Shown: positions 17,898-26,720, numbered from the stretch's first letter. The stretch is 64,000 nucleotides of DNA from a virus (IMGVR_UViG_3300031994_000001:119799-183798), one strand, 5' to 3'. Translations and numbers: made by a program. Notes: generated by a model not told the origin, from the sequence alone.

Positions 17898-18773
17898 ATG
17901 GGAAGCGGCAGTTGGACACCCTCATCTTATGCGTCATACTCTGTTGCCAACAAAAAGAGTTATGATGCCTCAACGCACCGCGTTAGCGGTCAAGTTTTCC
18001 ACAAGTCCTCTTTGGACGATTCTCTCAATCCGAGACTGTTCAGCATCCGTGAGTGCGTGAACTCCGAGGAACACCCCAACACTATCCCGATTATCCTCGC
18101 TCTTGACGTGACGGGTTCTATGGGTCGTTCCTGCAAGGAAACCGCCGAGGCACTTGGTGTCATTATGACGGACTTGTATAAAAAGTACAAGGACATTGAG
18201 TTCTGCATTATGGGTATCGGCGATTTGGCTTATGACGAAGCACCAATTCAAATGAGCCAATTCGAGAGCGATGTCCGAATCGCGGAGGCGTTGGACAAAA
18301 TCTTTATGGAACACGGCGGGGGCGGCAACGCCTACGAAAGTTACACCGCCGCGTGGTATATGGGTCTGCGCCGCACCTCCCTTGACCGTATCACGAAGAA
18401 CGGCAAGAAAGGTATCATCATCACTATGGGTGACGAACCTCTAAACCCCTATCTTCCCAAGGACGAGTTGAACTACGCCATCAAGGGCAGCGAGCAGGGC
18501 GACATTGACACGAAGCAACTCTACAAGGAGGCTTCCGAGAAATTCGACATCTACCACATCGCCGTCAAGGATGACCACAACTGTTACGGTCGTTATGCCG
18601 ACAGAATCAAAGAATCCTTTGGCGAATACCTCGGACAGAGATTGAAAATCTCTACTGTGAACGAACTCTCAAACACCATTACGGAGTGCATTGACGACTC
18701 CCTCGCCGCTGAAGGCGTTATGCCCGAACAGCCCGCCAATATGGTGAACGAGAACGGTGACATCCAATGGTAA
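17898..18773 (+). CDS. von Willebrand factor A (vWA) domain protein
   Basis: MIDAS-type LALDVTGSMG motif; preceded by GAGGAGGAG. Confidence 0.6.
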   Translation: MGSGSWTPSSYASYSVANKKSYDASTHRVSGQVFHKSSLDDSLNPRLFSIRECVNSEEHPNTIPIILALDVTGSMGRSCKETAEALGVIMTDLYKKYKDIEFCIMGIGDLAYDEAPIQMSQFESDVRIAEALDKIFMEHGGGGNAYESYTAAWYMGLRRTSLDRITKNGKKGIIITMGDEPLNPYLPKDELNYAIKGSEQGDIDTKQLYKEASEKFDIYHIAVKDDHNCYGRYADRIKESFGEYLGQRLKISTVNELSNTITECIDDSLAAEGVMPEQPANMVNENGDIQW

Positions 18774-18785
18774 AAATCTGAAAGT

Positions 18786-19901
18786 ATGAATACAGCGAGA
18801 ATAATAGTCGGTGCGAACTACGGTGACGAAGGCAAAGGCACAGTTACCGCGCATTACGCGAAACATTCAGCCAACGCTCTGAACATTCTGACAAACGGAG
18901 GCGCACAGCGAGGACACTCCATTGTCAGCGAACACGGAAGCCATACATTCCAACATTTCGGTTCGGGGACTTATTACGGCGCGGCGAACTATTATTCTCG
19001 CTTTTTCATTCTCAACCCTATGCAGTTTGCAAAGGAGTACGAAGCACTTGTTGTCAAGCCTTCAGTAATCTATCGGCACGAGGACTGCCGTTGGACTACG
19101 CCATACGATATGATGGCTAACGCCATTACGGAGGAATTGCAGAAGAGACACGCCTCCTGCGGTATGGGTATTTGGAACACGATAAAACGTTATCGTGAGA
19201 CGGGTACAAGGTCTTTTGACAGTTTTTGTGACCTGCCCGTCCGTATGCAAATCGAAGAAATGTATATGGTCAAGGTGTATTATGAGAGAAAGATTACGAT
19301 ACCCGAACTGTGGAAGCACGTTTGGGATTCGCAAACCCTCATAGCGAACTTCCTTTATGACTGCAAGTTTATGCGCGAGCATACCACCCCGAACAAAGAC
19401 AAAGACGTGGGTATGCTTGCGGGAATCTACAAAGACCTTATCTTCGAGAACGGGCAGGGCCTCCTGCTTTGCGACACGGGTAAGGACACTGCTGACACCA
19501 CGCCGTCAGATACGGGTTTGAAAAACGCAATCTCAATACTCAAAGATATGGGGGTTATGGACGAGAATGGCAAAGCCGTTGGCGATTCAATTATCACGGC
19601 GCATTACGTTACCCGCCCGTATCTGACACGGCACGGTGACGGCGGTATGGAAAACGAATCAAAAAGAGCCATTATTTCAGATGGCGTTGCGGAAGACCGC
19701 ACTAACCATTACAACCAATACCAAGGAATTTTCCGTTACGGAAAACTTGACATTGGCAGTCTCAAAGAAAGGATTGAGGCTAACGCGGGAATTATCCCAT
19801 ACGAAATCGAACTGACCCATTGTGACGAAATGGATAGGGTGGGTGAGTTCAAGCAAATGTTCGATACGATAAACGTATATGACAAACCCGAAATTGAGTA
19901 A
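18786..19901 (+). CDS. adenylosuccinate synthetase family protein, short form (371 aa); PurA or PurZ-like
   Basis: GANYGDEGKGT (PurA GTQWGDEGKGK), NGGAQRGHS (PurA QGGHNAGHT), HFGSG (PurA IPSG), GMGIWNTIKRY (PurA GRGIGPAYEDK), FENGQGLLLCD (PurA FEGAQGTLLD), YVTR (PurA YSTR). It lacks about 60 C-terminal residues of bacterial PurA. Confidence 0.75.
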   Translation: MNTARIIVGANYGDEGKGTVTAHYAKHSANALNILTNGGAQRGHSIVSEHGSHTFQHFGSGTYYGAANYYSRFFILNPMQFAKEYEALVVKPSVIYRHEDCRWTTPYDMMANAITEELQKRHASCGMGIWNTIKRYRETGTRSFDSFCDLPVRMQIEEMYMVKVYYERKITIPELWKHVWDSQTLIANFLYDCKFMREHTTPNKDKDVGMLAGIYKDLIFENGQGLLLCDTGKDTADTTPSDTGLKNAISILKDMGVMDENGKAVGDSIITAHYVTRPYLTRHGDGGMENESKRAIISDGVAEDRTNHYNQYQGIFRYGKLDIGSLKERIEANAGIIPYEIELTHCDEMDRVGEFKQMFDTINVYDKPEIE

Positions 19902-19902
19902 A

Positions 19903-20421
19903 ATGTACAAGAGAAAAATAACGGGCGGTGTTGCGAGAATAGCGATTGAACGCGCCCGACAAATGGAAAGCGAGCATTGGACTGCCGAACACGATGACGA
20001 ACACATACGCGGCGAACTCGCTATGGCTGCTGTGTGTTATGCCAACCCATCGCACACCAAAGAACTGCCCGCATTGTTCCCGTTTGACGAATGTTGGTGG
20101 AAGCCTACGCCAAATGACAGAATCAAGGAACTCACAAAAGCGGGTGCTTTGATTGCTGCGGAGATTGACAGACTTCTGCGTGCCGAGTGTGAGGAAAAAG
20201 GCATATTCAGCGTCATTGATGTTTTGCCGAATGACGGCGAGCGTGTGCTTGTTTGGAACAATATGTGTTCGAGATGGCACATTCTGACATACAACAAGCC
20301 AGGTCAGTGTTGGAATACGGAGGACGATTCCAATTGGGCTTACGGCTTGGACGAATTGGTTGAGGGAACGGATGTTCTCGCCATTGAGTATTGGAAACCG
20401 CTTCCGCAAAAAATACGATAA
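19903..20421 (+). CDS. MazG-like/DUF550-like all-alpha NTP pyrophosphohydrolase domain fused to a DUF551-like domain
   Basis: N-terminal region has ESEHWTAEHDDEH...RGELAMAAV (a glutamate cluster and a GELA motif, as in MazG/DUF550). C-terminal region LPNDGERVLVWNN...W...EYWKPLP matches the DUF551 pattern. The ATG lies 1 nt after the purA-like stop. Confidence 0.5.
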   Translation: MYKRKITGGVARIAIERARQMESEHWTAEHDDEHIRGELAMAAVCYANPSHTKELPALFPFDECWWKPTPNDRIKELTKAGALIAAEIDRLLRAECEEKGIFSVIDVLPNDGERVLVWNNMCSRWHILTYNKPGQCWNTEDDSNWAYGLDELVEGTDVLAIEYWKPLPQKIR

Positions 20422-20422
20422 T

Positions 20423-20650
20423 ATGGATTGGATTAGCGTAAAAGAAAGAATGCCGAATGACGGCGAGCGTGTTCTTGTTTGGAACAACAAGCAAGGTGAA
20501 CCCACATTGCAGGTTTACAACAAGGATTACGAATGTTGGGACACCGAGGATGGTGACGATTTTGATTTTCAAGTCGGTGCTGTTTGCGGCAACGGTGAGA
20601 AAATTGTGGAATATTGGATGCCCCTTCCCGAAAAGCCAAACAAACAGTAA
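20423..20650 (+). CDS. stand-alone DUF551-like domain protein
   Basis: MPNDGERVLVWNNKQGEPTLQVYNKDYECWDTEDGDDFDF...EYWMPLPEKP, paralogous to the C-domain of the previous gene. Confidence 0.5.
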   Translation: MDWISVKERMPNDGERVLVWNNKQGEPTLQVYNKDYECWDTEDGDDFDFQVGAVCGNGEKIVEYWMPLPEKPNKQ

Positions 20651-20909
20651 TATGAAACACGAGATTGAAGTTCAGTTTGAGGTGGGCGACACCGTATGGC
20701 ACAAGAACCTTGTTACCAACGAGGCAATTCAGACCAAGATACGGTTCTACCAAGCAATGATAATGTCTGACGGCAGCAAGTGCGTGTTGTATCACACGGA
20801 GGACGAAGCCCCGATAGTGAATATCATAGGAAAGCCCCGCAACACAAACGTGTTTGCCACCAAGGAAGAATGTGATTCATACCCGCCTTATGACCAATCA
20901 CAAGATTAG
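20651..20909 (+). CDS. hypothetical protein (85 aa)
   Basis: ATG directly after the previous stop. The longer track ORF starting at 20457 overlaps the DUF551 gene and is not accepted as the start. Confidence 0.4.
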
Positions 20910-20912
20910 ACT

Positions 20913-21293
20913 ATGTTCACGAAAGAAGAGCGTTCAACATTCCCTTATTGGTTCGCGCATTGGTGCGCGTTCAATATGACTGCACTCAACCTGCGGTGTT
21001 GGAAATTCAGATTCCTTTTCCACGATATGCTGAAGCCGTGGATGAAATTGATTTTCCCGTACAAGACCGTGCAGTCGTTTCATAGAAAGCATTCCCGCCA
21101 TCACGCGGAATACGAGGGTCGCCGACCCGATTATCTCGGTATGGTGATTGATTGGGAGTGTTCGAGATTCACAAAAGTTGCGGCAGGTCTGACCGCCCGT
21201 GAGAAAATGGAGACCTACAAGGAGAAAGACCCCGTGCTATACAAAAGGCTCAAAGAGAATTTCGAGCCGATACTTATACAGTTGGGACTATAA
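20913..21293 (+). CDS. small HD-motif protein; possible metal-dependent phosphohydrolase
   Basis: FAHW ... LFHDMLKPW ... FHRKHSRHH ... VIDWE resembles the H..HD..H..H..D signature of HD-domain proteins; at 126 aa it is short for a full HD domain. Confidence 0.35.
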   Translation: MFTKEERSTFPYWFAHWCAFNMTALNLRCWKFRFLFHDMLKPWMKLIFPYKTVQSFHRKHSRHHAEYEGRRPDYLGMVIDWECSRFTKVAAGLTAREKMETYKEKDPVLYKRLKENFEPILIQLGL

Positions 21294-21295
21294 AA

Positions 21296-21316
21296 AAACC
21301 GCAAAATTTGCGGTTC
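21296..21316. terminator. hairpin CCGCAAAATTTGCGG; has a T-run on the minus-strand side
   Basis: Perfect 7-bp stem; the reverse strand reads AACCGCAAATTTTGCGGTTTTTTTA. Confidence 0.35.
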
Positions 21317-21377
21317 GAGATACAAAAACGGTGTGACCGTTGATTGTGGCTTGTTGTTAATATTGGTTTGAAAAGGA

Positions 21378-21404
21378 GGCGTTCAGCCTCCTTTCGTTTT
21401 ATCA
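21378..21404. terminator. bidirectional terminator hairpin GGAGGC-GTTCA-GCCTCC between convergent genes
   Basis: 6-bp GC-rich stem flanked by AAAA on one side and TTTTCGTTTT on the other; sits between the end of the + operon (21293) and the end of the minus gene (21407). Confidence 0.5.
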
Positions 21405-21406
21405 AA

Positions 21407-21778
21407 TTAGATTTTTATTCCCAAGTAGGTGCAGATTGCGGTTGTCACAATCTTGCTGTTGAGCAGTTGGTAGAGCGGACCAGTAGTAATGCCGAGAGCC
21501 TTGCAAATCGCGTTGCCGATTTTGTCGCCGACCGCGATTCCCGTGATACCGCCGAGGATACCACCGATAAGACCTTCGTTTTGAACCTCACCCATTTTTG
21601 CTTCGATTCCTGCCACATCGGAAATGTTCTCACCGTTGTTAAGGCTTTCAGCGAGGAACTTGATTTCTTTGTCAGACAATGACATTCTCTTTTCGTAAAG
21701 AGCGGTGAAAAGTTCGATTGCTTTCTTTTCGTTTGCAGCATCGTTCTGCAAGTCGTAGTATGTTTTTACGTTTTCCAT
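21407..21778 (-). CDS. small protein with a glycine-zipper segment
   Basis: GLIGGILGGITGIAVGDKIG. Confidence 0.45.
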   Translation of the reverse strand: MENVKTYYDLQNDAANEKKAIELFTALYEKRMSLSDKEIKFLAESLNNGENISDVAGIEAKMGEVQNEGLIGGILGGITGIAVGDKIGNAICKALGITTGPLYQLLNSKIVTTAICTYLGIKI

Positions 21779-21815
21779 ATTGCTTATTATTTTCTTTATT
21801 TATGAGTTATATATG

Positions 21816-22613
21816 TTACTTATAATATTCTATAACCACACCGTTATCCATAAGGCAATAGTCGTCATTGACTTCTTTCGGGTCAATCTTGCTGAAATCA
21901 TATCCGAGTGAAACGAGTGTGTCGTATGAAAGGTCTCCGCAATCTTCAGCATCTTCAAGGTATTCGGTGATTTCATCGTCTTCGCCGTCATAGTTGTCTT
22001 TCAGAAAGTTCACGAGCCAAGATTGTGCGCCGAAGTTCATTATGAGGTCTTGCACAAATACATCAACATTATCATACGAATGGCATATACCGTGGTCGAA
22101 ATACTCGTTGTTTGATGGATAATCGTCAACAATGTCCTTTGCTGTTTTTTCCGAAACCCCGCATTCTCTTGCTATGATTTTGATTTCGTCTCTTTTTACT
22201 TTCTCAATCAGTTTTTCGTTTCTTTTTGACAAAAGGGTTTTCACTATGGAATAATTCATTTCGTCAGAGACCTTGCCTTTGAATGCGTTGAACTGTTCTT
22301 CAGACAGCACGGTTTCATAATCCGAATATTTTGCATCCTCGTCATCATCGTCAAGCGACATAAGGAAATTCGCGCCCTCTATTTTTATTTCACCTTCACG
22401 GTTTGTGTCGCATCTTCCGTTTTCTATTCTCACATATTTTACAGCGTCTCTGTCGGGTTTTGCGATGTTTTTGAACGCAAACACATATCCTATGTATGAA
22501 TCATAATAGGATTTTGGTTTGTCGCAGTCACCGATATTCTTCAACTTTTCCTTTGATATGGGTTGAATGTTCAGTTTCTCGTTTATGTATTCGGAGGAAT
22601 TTAATATTTTCAT
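21816..22613 (-). CDS. leader-family protein 1 (MKILNSSEYINEKLNIQPISKEKL...), acidic C-domain of unknown function
   Basis: N-terminal conserved leader shared with at least 13 other genes. The ATG is at complement 22611-22613; the track ORF begins at an upstream TTG. Confidence 0.6.
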   Translation of the reverse strand: MKILNSSEYINEKLNIQPISKEKLKNIGDCDKPKSYYDSYIGYVFAFKNIAKPDRDAVKYVRIENGRCDTNREGEIKIEGANFLMSLDDDDEDAKYSDYETVLSEEQFNAFKGKVSDEMNYSIVKTLLSKRNEKLIEKVKRDEIKIIARECGVSEKTAKDIVDDYPSNNEYFDHGICHSYDNVDVFVQDLIMNFGAQSWLVNFLKDNYDGEDDEITEYLEDAEDCGDLSYDTLVSLGYDFSKIDPKEVNDDYCLMDNGVVIEYYK

Positions 22614-22619
22614 TGCCAA

Positions 22620-24130
22620 AAATCTTGTACTGTATATTTATAACGGGCTGTTTGCCTTATGTTCTGTTGTATATTTGTACCGTATAGAAAAATCTAATAA
22701 AAATTGTAATTATTAGTCCTTCTTTCTTGCTTCAACCTGCCACTACTTTTTAGGTTCATTTCTGAACGGTCATCCATAGTCGGGCAGTCCGCAAGCGTGA
22801 ATTCGGTGCTACGGACACCTATTGTTTTCAAGCCTTCACTCAAGATGTTCATTGCTGCGTTTATATCTCTGTCGTGGTGTTCACCACACATCGGGCAAGT
22901 CCATTCACGGTTGCTCAAAGTCAAGTCTTTATTGATGTAACCACACTTGTGACAAGTCTTACTGCTCGGATAGAAGCGGTCAACGAATACAACTTGTTTG
23001 CCATTCAACAACGCCTTGTCCGTCAGAACTTGTCTGAACCTATACAAGCCGATTTCTTGGATTGCTTTTGCAAGTTTGTGGTTCTTCAACATTCCCTGCA
23101 CGTTTAAGTCTTCCATACAAACCAAGTCGTAATCTTTAAGCAGACAATTCACGACATAGTAAATATATGCTTCCTTTCGGTTAGTCAATCGTTCAAACGC
23201 CTTCGCGAGTCTGATGCGCTGTTTGTTTCGGTTGTTCGAGCCTTTAACTTTCCTTGACAGTTGCTTTTGCAGTCTATTAACCTTTTGTTCCTGCTTCTTA
23301 AAGAAATGCTTGTTCTCAAAGACTTCACCATCGGATGTTATTACGAAGTCCTTTACACCGAGGTCTATGCCAACGCATTGATTGGTGTGTTTGAACTTTT
23401 GAAGTTCTTCCTGCGGGATATCAACAAGGATAGATAAGAAGTAGTTGCCGCTCTTGGTTCTCGAAACGGTGGCACTCCTTATCTTGTCCTTATAATCTTG
23501 AAGTCGTTTGAAATACAAGTCCGAACATCTGAAACGGATGTCCTTCAAATCTTGTGTGAGTGTTATCTTTCTTTCATTGAACGTGTTACGTTTGGAAATC
23601 GCTTCTGACGGGAACAACGCTGACTGCTTGTCTTTCTTTGACTTGAACTTCGGGAATCCGTTGTGCTGCTTGAAAAACTTTGAATAAGCGTCAAGCATCT
23701 GACGGATTGATTGCTTCATCACCTTTGTGTTCTGTTCCTGCAACCAAGCATAGTTCTCGTCTTTTAACAATGTTCCGTGAAACCACTTGGACAGTTCGGT
23801 CAATCCAAGATTGTTACCGTTTTCGTTGTATTCCTTTTGTTTTCGGTCAAGGCATTGGTTATAGACGAAGCGGTAGCAGCCAAGCACTTGTTTTAGTCTT
23901 GATTGCTGTTCCTTGTTCGGATATAACCTCACCTTGATTCCTCGCAACATATTCAATAATAGAATGTTCAATTAAAAAAGAGGCATTAAACTTGCGGCAG
24001 TGATGTGGAGAGTACCGACAAGGATAAAACCTCTGTATATATCTTATTCTATTTTGAAACGACTCTCCACTTTCGTTTCATTTTATTTATAAATAGTCTT
24101 AAACTACAATATATTTATACGAGTTTGTTT
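22620..24130 (-). mobile_element. IS200/IS605-family (IS1341-like) element carrying only tnpB; boundaries approximate
   Basis: tnpB with no adjacent Y1 tnpA. An inverted repeat GTGGAGAGT (24006-24014) / ACTCTCCAC (24067-24075) lies upstream of the tnpB start. The element sits between two leader-family paralogs. Confidence 0.4.
22694..23971 (-). CDS. tnpB: TnpB (IS605 OrfB-type RNA-guided nuclease family)
   Basis: N-terminal IKVRLYPNKEQQSRLKQVLGCYRFVYNQCL (OrfB HTH); C-terminal CHKCGYINKDLTLSNREWTCPMCGEHHDRDINAAMNI (zinc ribbon plus RuvC-III). Confidence 0.85.
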   Translation of the reverse strand: MNILLLNMLRGIKVRLYPNKEQQSRLKQVLGCYRFVYNQCLDRKQKEYNENGNNLGLTELSKWFHGTLLKDENYAWLQEQNTKVMKQSIRQMLDAYSKFFKQHNGFPKFKSKKDKQSALFPSEAISKRNTFNERKITLTQDLKDIRFRCSDLYFKRLQDYKDKIRSATVSRTKSGNYFLSILVDIPQEELQKFKHTNQCVGIDLGVKDFVITSDGEVFENKHFFKKQEQKVNRLQKQLSRKVKGSNNRNKQRIRLAKAFERLTNRKEAYIYYVVNCLLKDYDLVCMEDLNVQGMLKNHKLAKAIQEIGLYRFRQVLTDKALLNGKQVVFVDRFYPSSKTCHKCGYINKDLTLSNREWTCPMCGEHHDRDINAAMNILSEGLKTIGVRSTEFTLADCPTMDDRSEMNLKSSGRLKQERRTNNYNFY

Positions 24131-24161
24131 TTATAAGTTTTTTGTAGATTTTATTAGATTT

Positions 24162-24446
24162 TTAAGGAACTGTTATGTACCCAAAATCCGTAGAACCGCT
24201 TCTCATAAATGGGTCGTTGACATATATGGTGTTGAAATCCGACATTGATATATAATAGTATTCTCGGTATATGGTTTCACCTTTATTTTCTCGTTTGCAT
24301 ACAACAACGTCACCCGTTTTGAGTTTATCTTTCCAACCCAATCCTTCTTGTATTCGGACAAGGGAAGTTCTTTTCAGTCTATCTTTGGTTATAGGCTGAA
24401 TGTTCAGTTTCTCGTTTATATATTCCGATGAGGTCGCTATTTTCAT
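24162..24446 (-). CDS. leader-family protein 2 (95 aa; MKIATSSEYINEKLNIQPITKDRL...)
   Basis: Start at the internal Met carrying the leader; the upstream part of the track ORF overlaps the preceding gene. Confidence 0.5.
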   Translation of the reverse strand: MKIATSSEYINEKLNIQPITKDRLKRTSLVRIQEGLGWKDKLKTGDVVVCKRENKGETIYREYYYISMSDFNTIYVNDPFMRSGSTDFGYITVP

Positions 24447-24447
24447 A

Positions 24448-25245
24448 TTAGTATAATTTGAATTTTCCACCGATTCTCTTCGGTTTGCTTTTTGTTGATT
24501 TAAGCGATAGGTTGTTCGTGCAGTCGAAGTCCTTGCCCACTTTTTGCGGTGCGCCCACAAGGGATTTGAGTTCGTTGAACGAGCAGATGAATGAACCGCC
24601 CACTGCTCTCGGAGAGCCTTTCAAGTCTGATAAGTTGTTTCCCGAACAGTCGAATGTTCCGCCGACATATTGCGGTGCGCCTTCAAGGGTTACGAGGTTG
24701 TTGTCGCAGCAACTGAACACGTGTTTCACTTTTTGGGGTGCGCCTTTCAAATCAGTCAGACTGCATCCCTTGCAATAGAAGTTGCCGTTGATTTCACTTG
24801 GTGCGCCGACAAGCGAGGTTAGTGCCTTGCAGTTTGAACAGTTGAAGTTGCTTCCGACTTTCTTTGGCACACCTTCGAGTGATTCAAGCATAGGGTTGTT
24901 TTCGCAGCGAAACTCATATCCTACTTTTTTCGGTGCGCCTTTCAGCGATTTGAGATTTTTGTTGTCTGCGAAGAAGTTGCCCTTGACATAGCCGAAGTTT
25001 ATCTTGAACCCGTCACCGTCTTTTGCTATGATTTTATTGTCTATGAAAACGGAATGTTCCGAATCGTAGCATTTTGTAATCGGGTTGTATGTTAGTTTCT
25101 GTTTGGCGATGAACTCTTTTGCTTGCTCATCGGTCAGTCCCGCGTCCTCGTATTCCTTGTGTATGTATTTGCCGAGCCGTTCCTTTGAGACGGGTTCTAT
25201 CTCCAATTTCTCGCCTATGTATTCGTCTGCTTTGAGAATCTTCAT
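24448..25245 (-). CDS. leader-family protein 3 with about 8 x 22-aa LRR-type repeats (L.GAPQKVGG.F.CS.N.L.S)
   Basis: MKILKADEYIGEKLEIEPVSKERL..., then repeats such as GAPKKVGSNFNCSNCKALTSLVGAPSEINGNFYCKGCSLTDLKGAPQKV. Confidence 0.6.
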   Translation of the reverse strand: MKILKADEYIGEKLEIEPVSKERLGKYIHKEYEDAGLTDEQAKEFIAKQKLTYNPITKCYDSEHSVFIDNKIIAKDGDGFKINFGYVKGNFFADNKNLKSLKGAPKKVGYEFRCENNPMLESLEGVPKKVGSNFNCSNCKALTSLVGAPSEINGNFYCKGCSLTDLKGAPQKVKHVFSCCDNNLVTLEGAPQYVGGTFDCSGNNLSDLKGSPRAVGGSFICSFNELKSLVGAPQKVGKDFDCTNNLSLKSTKSKPKRIGGKFKLY

Positions 25246-25259
25246 AATGGTGCATTATT

Positions 25260-26273
25260 TTAATTCTTGTCGTCTATTATTGCGATTTTGACCCAAGACG
25301 GTTTCTCTTTTGGTAAAATGAGATTCGGGTTTCCGCTGCACAAAAATATTCTGTCAACTTTCTGTGGTGCGCCTTCAAGCGTTATGAGTTTGTTATATCT
25401 GCAATCAAAATCGCCTTTTATTTTCTGTGGTGCGCCATTGAGTGATGTCAGCAAGTTGTTGTTGCAGTGGAAAGAACCAGTTTTCTTCGGTGCGCCTTCG
25501 AGTGACGATATGTAATTGTTGTCGCAACGAAAACTTGCACCCACTTTATGCGGTGCGCCTTTTAGACTTGTAAGTTTGTTGTTTGAACAATCAAAGTGTC
25601 TGTTCACTATATATGGTGCGCCTTCAAGGGATGTGAGTTCGTTATTTTTACATACATAGTTCTGTTCCACCGTATATGGGGAATGCTTCAGTGATGTTAA
25701 TTTGTTATTGCTACAAATAAAATATTCGCCAATTTCGTTTGGCGCATATTCAAGTGTGGTGAGTTTATTGTTACTGCAATCGAAGCCACCACCGACTTTT
25801 ATGGGTGCGCCTTTTAATGATGTTAGTTTGTTGTTATTGCAATTAAAATATCCGCTAACAATTTTCGGTGCGCCCTCAAGTGTGGTGAGTTCATTTTTGG
25901 CACAATCAAAATCCCCGTTGATTATTCCAAATTTTATTTTAAGTTTTCCGTCTTTTACAATTCGTTTGTCAACGGATACGGCACAATTTGCGTCATAGCA
26001 AATGGTGGCATTGTTGAAAACGAGTTTGTATTCTTTTATGTATGATGCTGTATCGAAGTCTATTATTTTTGATTCGGCGTGTTTTTTAAGTGTTTCTTTT
26101 GATATAGGTTTGATGTTTAGTTTTTCATCTACCCGTTTTTTGCGTTTGGCTTTATTTGTTTGGCTTGTACACGTGTTCTCTTTTTTTGTTTGTTCTATTC
26201 TGTCTTTGACATAACTGTCGAAGTCCATTACGCTGCCCTCGAATCTTCTTATTTTTTCTAATCTGCCATCCAT
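25260..26273 (-). CDS. leader-family protein 4 with about 10 LRR-type repeats; leader preceded by a ~45-aa basic extension
   Basis: ...KRVDEKLNIKPISKETLKKH..., then NNKLTSLKGAPIKVGGGFDCSNNKLTTLEYAPNEIGEYFICSNNKLTSL... Confidence 0.6.
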   Translation of the reverse strand: MDGRLEKIRRFEGSVMDFDSYVKDRIEQTKKENTCTSQTNKAKRKKRVDEKLNIKPISKETLKKHAESKIIDFDTASYIKEYKLVFNNATICYDANCAVSVDKRIVKDGKLKIKFGIINGDFDCAKNELTTLEGAPKIVSGYFNCNNNKLTSLKGAPIKVGGGFDCSNNKLTTLEYAPNEIGEYFICSNNKLTSLKHSPYTVEQNYVCKNNELTSLEGAPYIVNRHFDCSNNKLTSLKGAPHKVGASFRCDNNYISSLEGAPKKTGSFHCNNNLLTSLNGAPQKIKGDFDCRYNKLITLEGAPQKVDRIFLCSGNPNLILPKEKPSWVKIAIIDDKN

Positions 26274-26385
26274 TTTTTCGTACTTTTTATTATTTATATG
26301 TATGGCTTATATATAAGCACTTTGGCGGATTTGAAAAAAGTCTGATTTTGACTTTTATAAATATATAAATGTAAAAACGAAAACT

Positions 26386-26658
26386 ATGGCAATCAGAGTA
26401 ACCGAGGTACTTGGTACGGACAGTATGAACAATTCCCGTATCACGATAAATAACAACTTCAAGACGTTGGCTGATGCAATCAACAAGATTGACAAAGCCC
26501 TGCACAGCAGTATTGATATGGGTACTGTTTCGGCGGAATCGTTGAGTGCGCAGACTTTGCATTTGGGCGATGTCTCGCTTAATGCAGAGCAGTTACAGCA
26601 ACTGCTTGCGCTCATACCTTCAGCGCAAACTCCTGCAACCGAAGAAGTTACACCGTAG
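26386..26658 (+). CDS. hypothetical protein (90 aa)
   Basis: ORF preceded by two TATAAATA boxes (26356-26373). Confidence 0.4.
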   Translation: MAIRVTEVLGTDSMNNSRITINNNFKTLADAINKIDKALHSSIDMGTVSAESLSAQTLHLGDVSLNAEQLQQLLALIPSAQTPATEEVTP

Positions 26659-26694
26659 TTGAAAATTTTTTCATTTTTTTTCAAACAAAAATCG

Positions 26695-26720
26695 TTTGGA
26701 TTTATTATATGATATTGTAG
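26695..26720 (+). promoter_or_regulatory. conserved promoter-like motif, copy 3 (TTTGGATTTATTATATGATATTGTAG)
   Basis: 70 nt upstream of the gp32-like gene. Confidence 0.4.

Noticed and set aside
20457-20909. 150-aa track ORF
   Set aside because: Its 5' part overlaps the DUF551 gene in another frame. The likely gene is the 3' portion from ATG 20651.
21816-26273. Looked for a diversity-generating retroelement (reverse transcriptase plus template repeat) near the variable LRR genes
   Set aside because: No reverse-transcriptase-like ORF or template/variable repeat pair seen in the window. Diversification appears to be by duplication and recombination.
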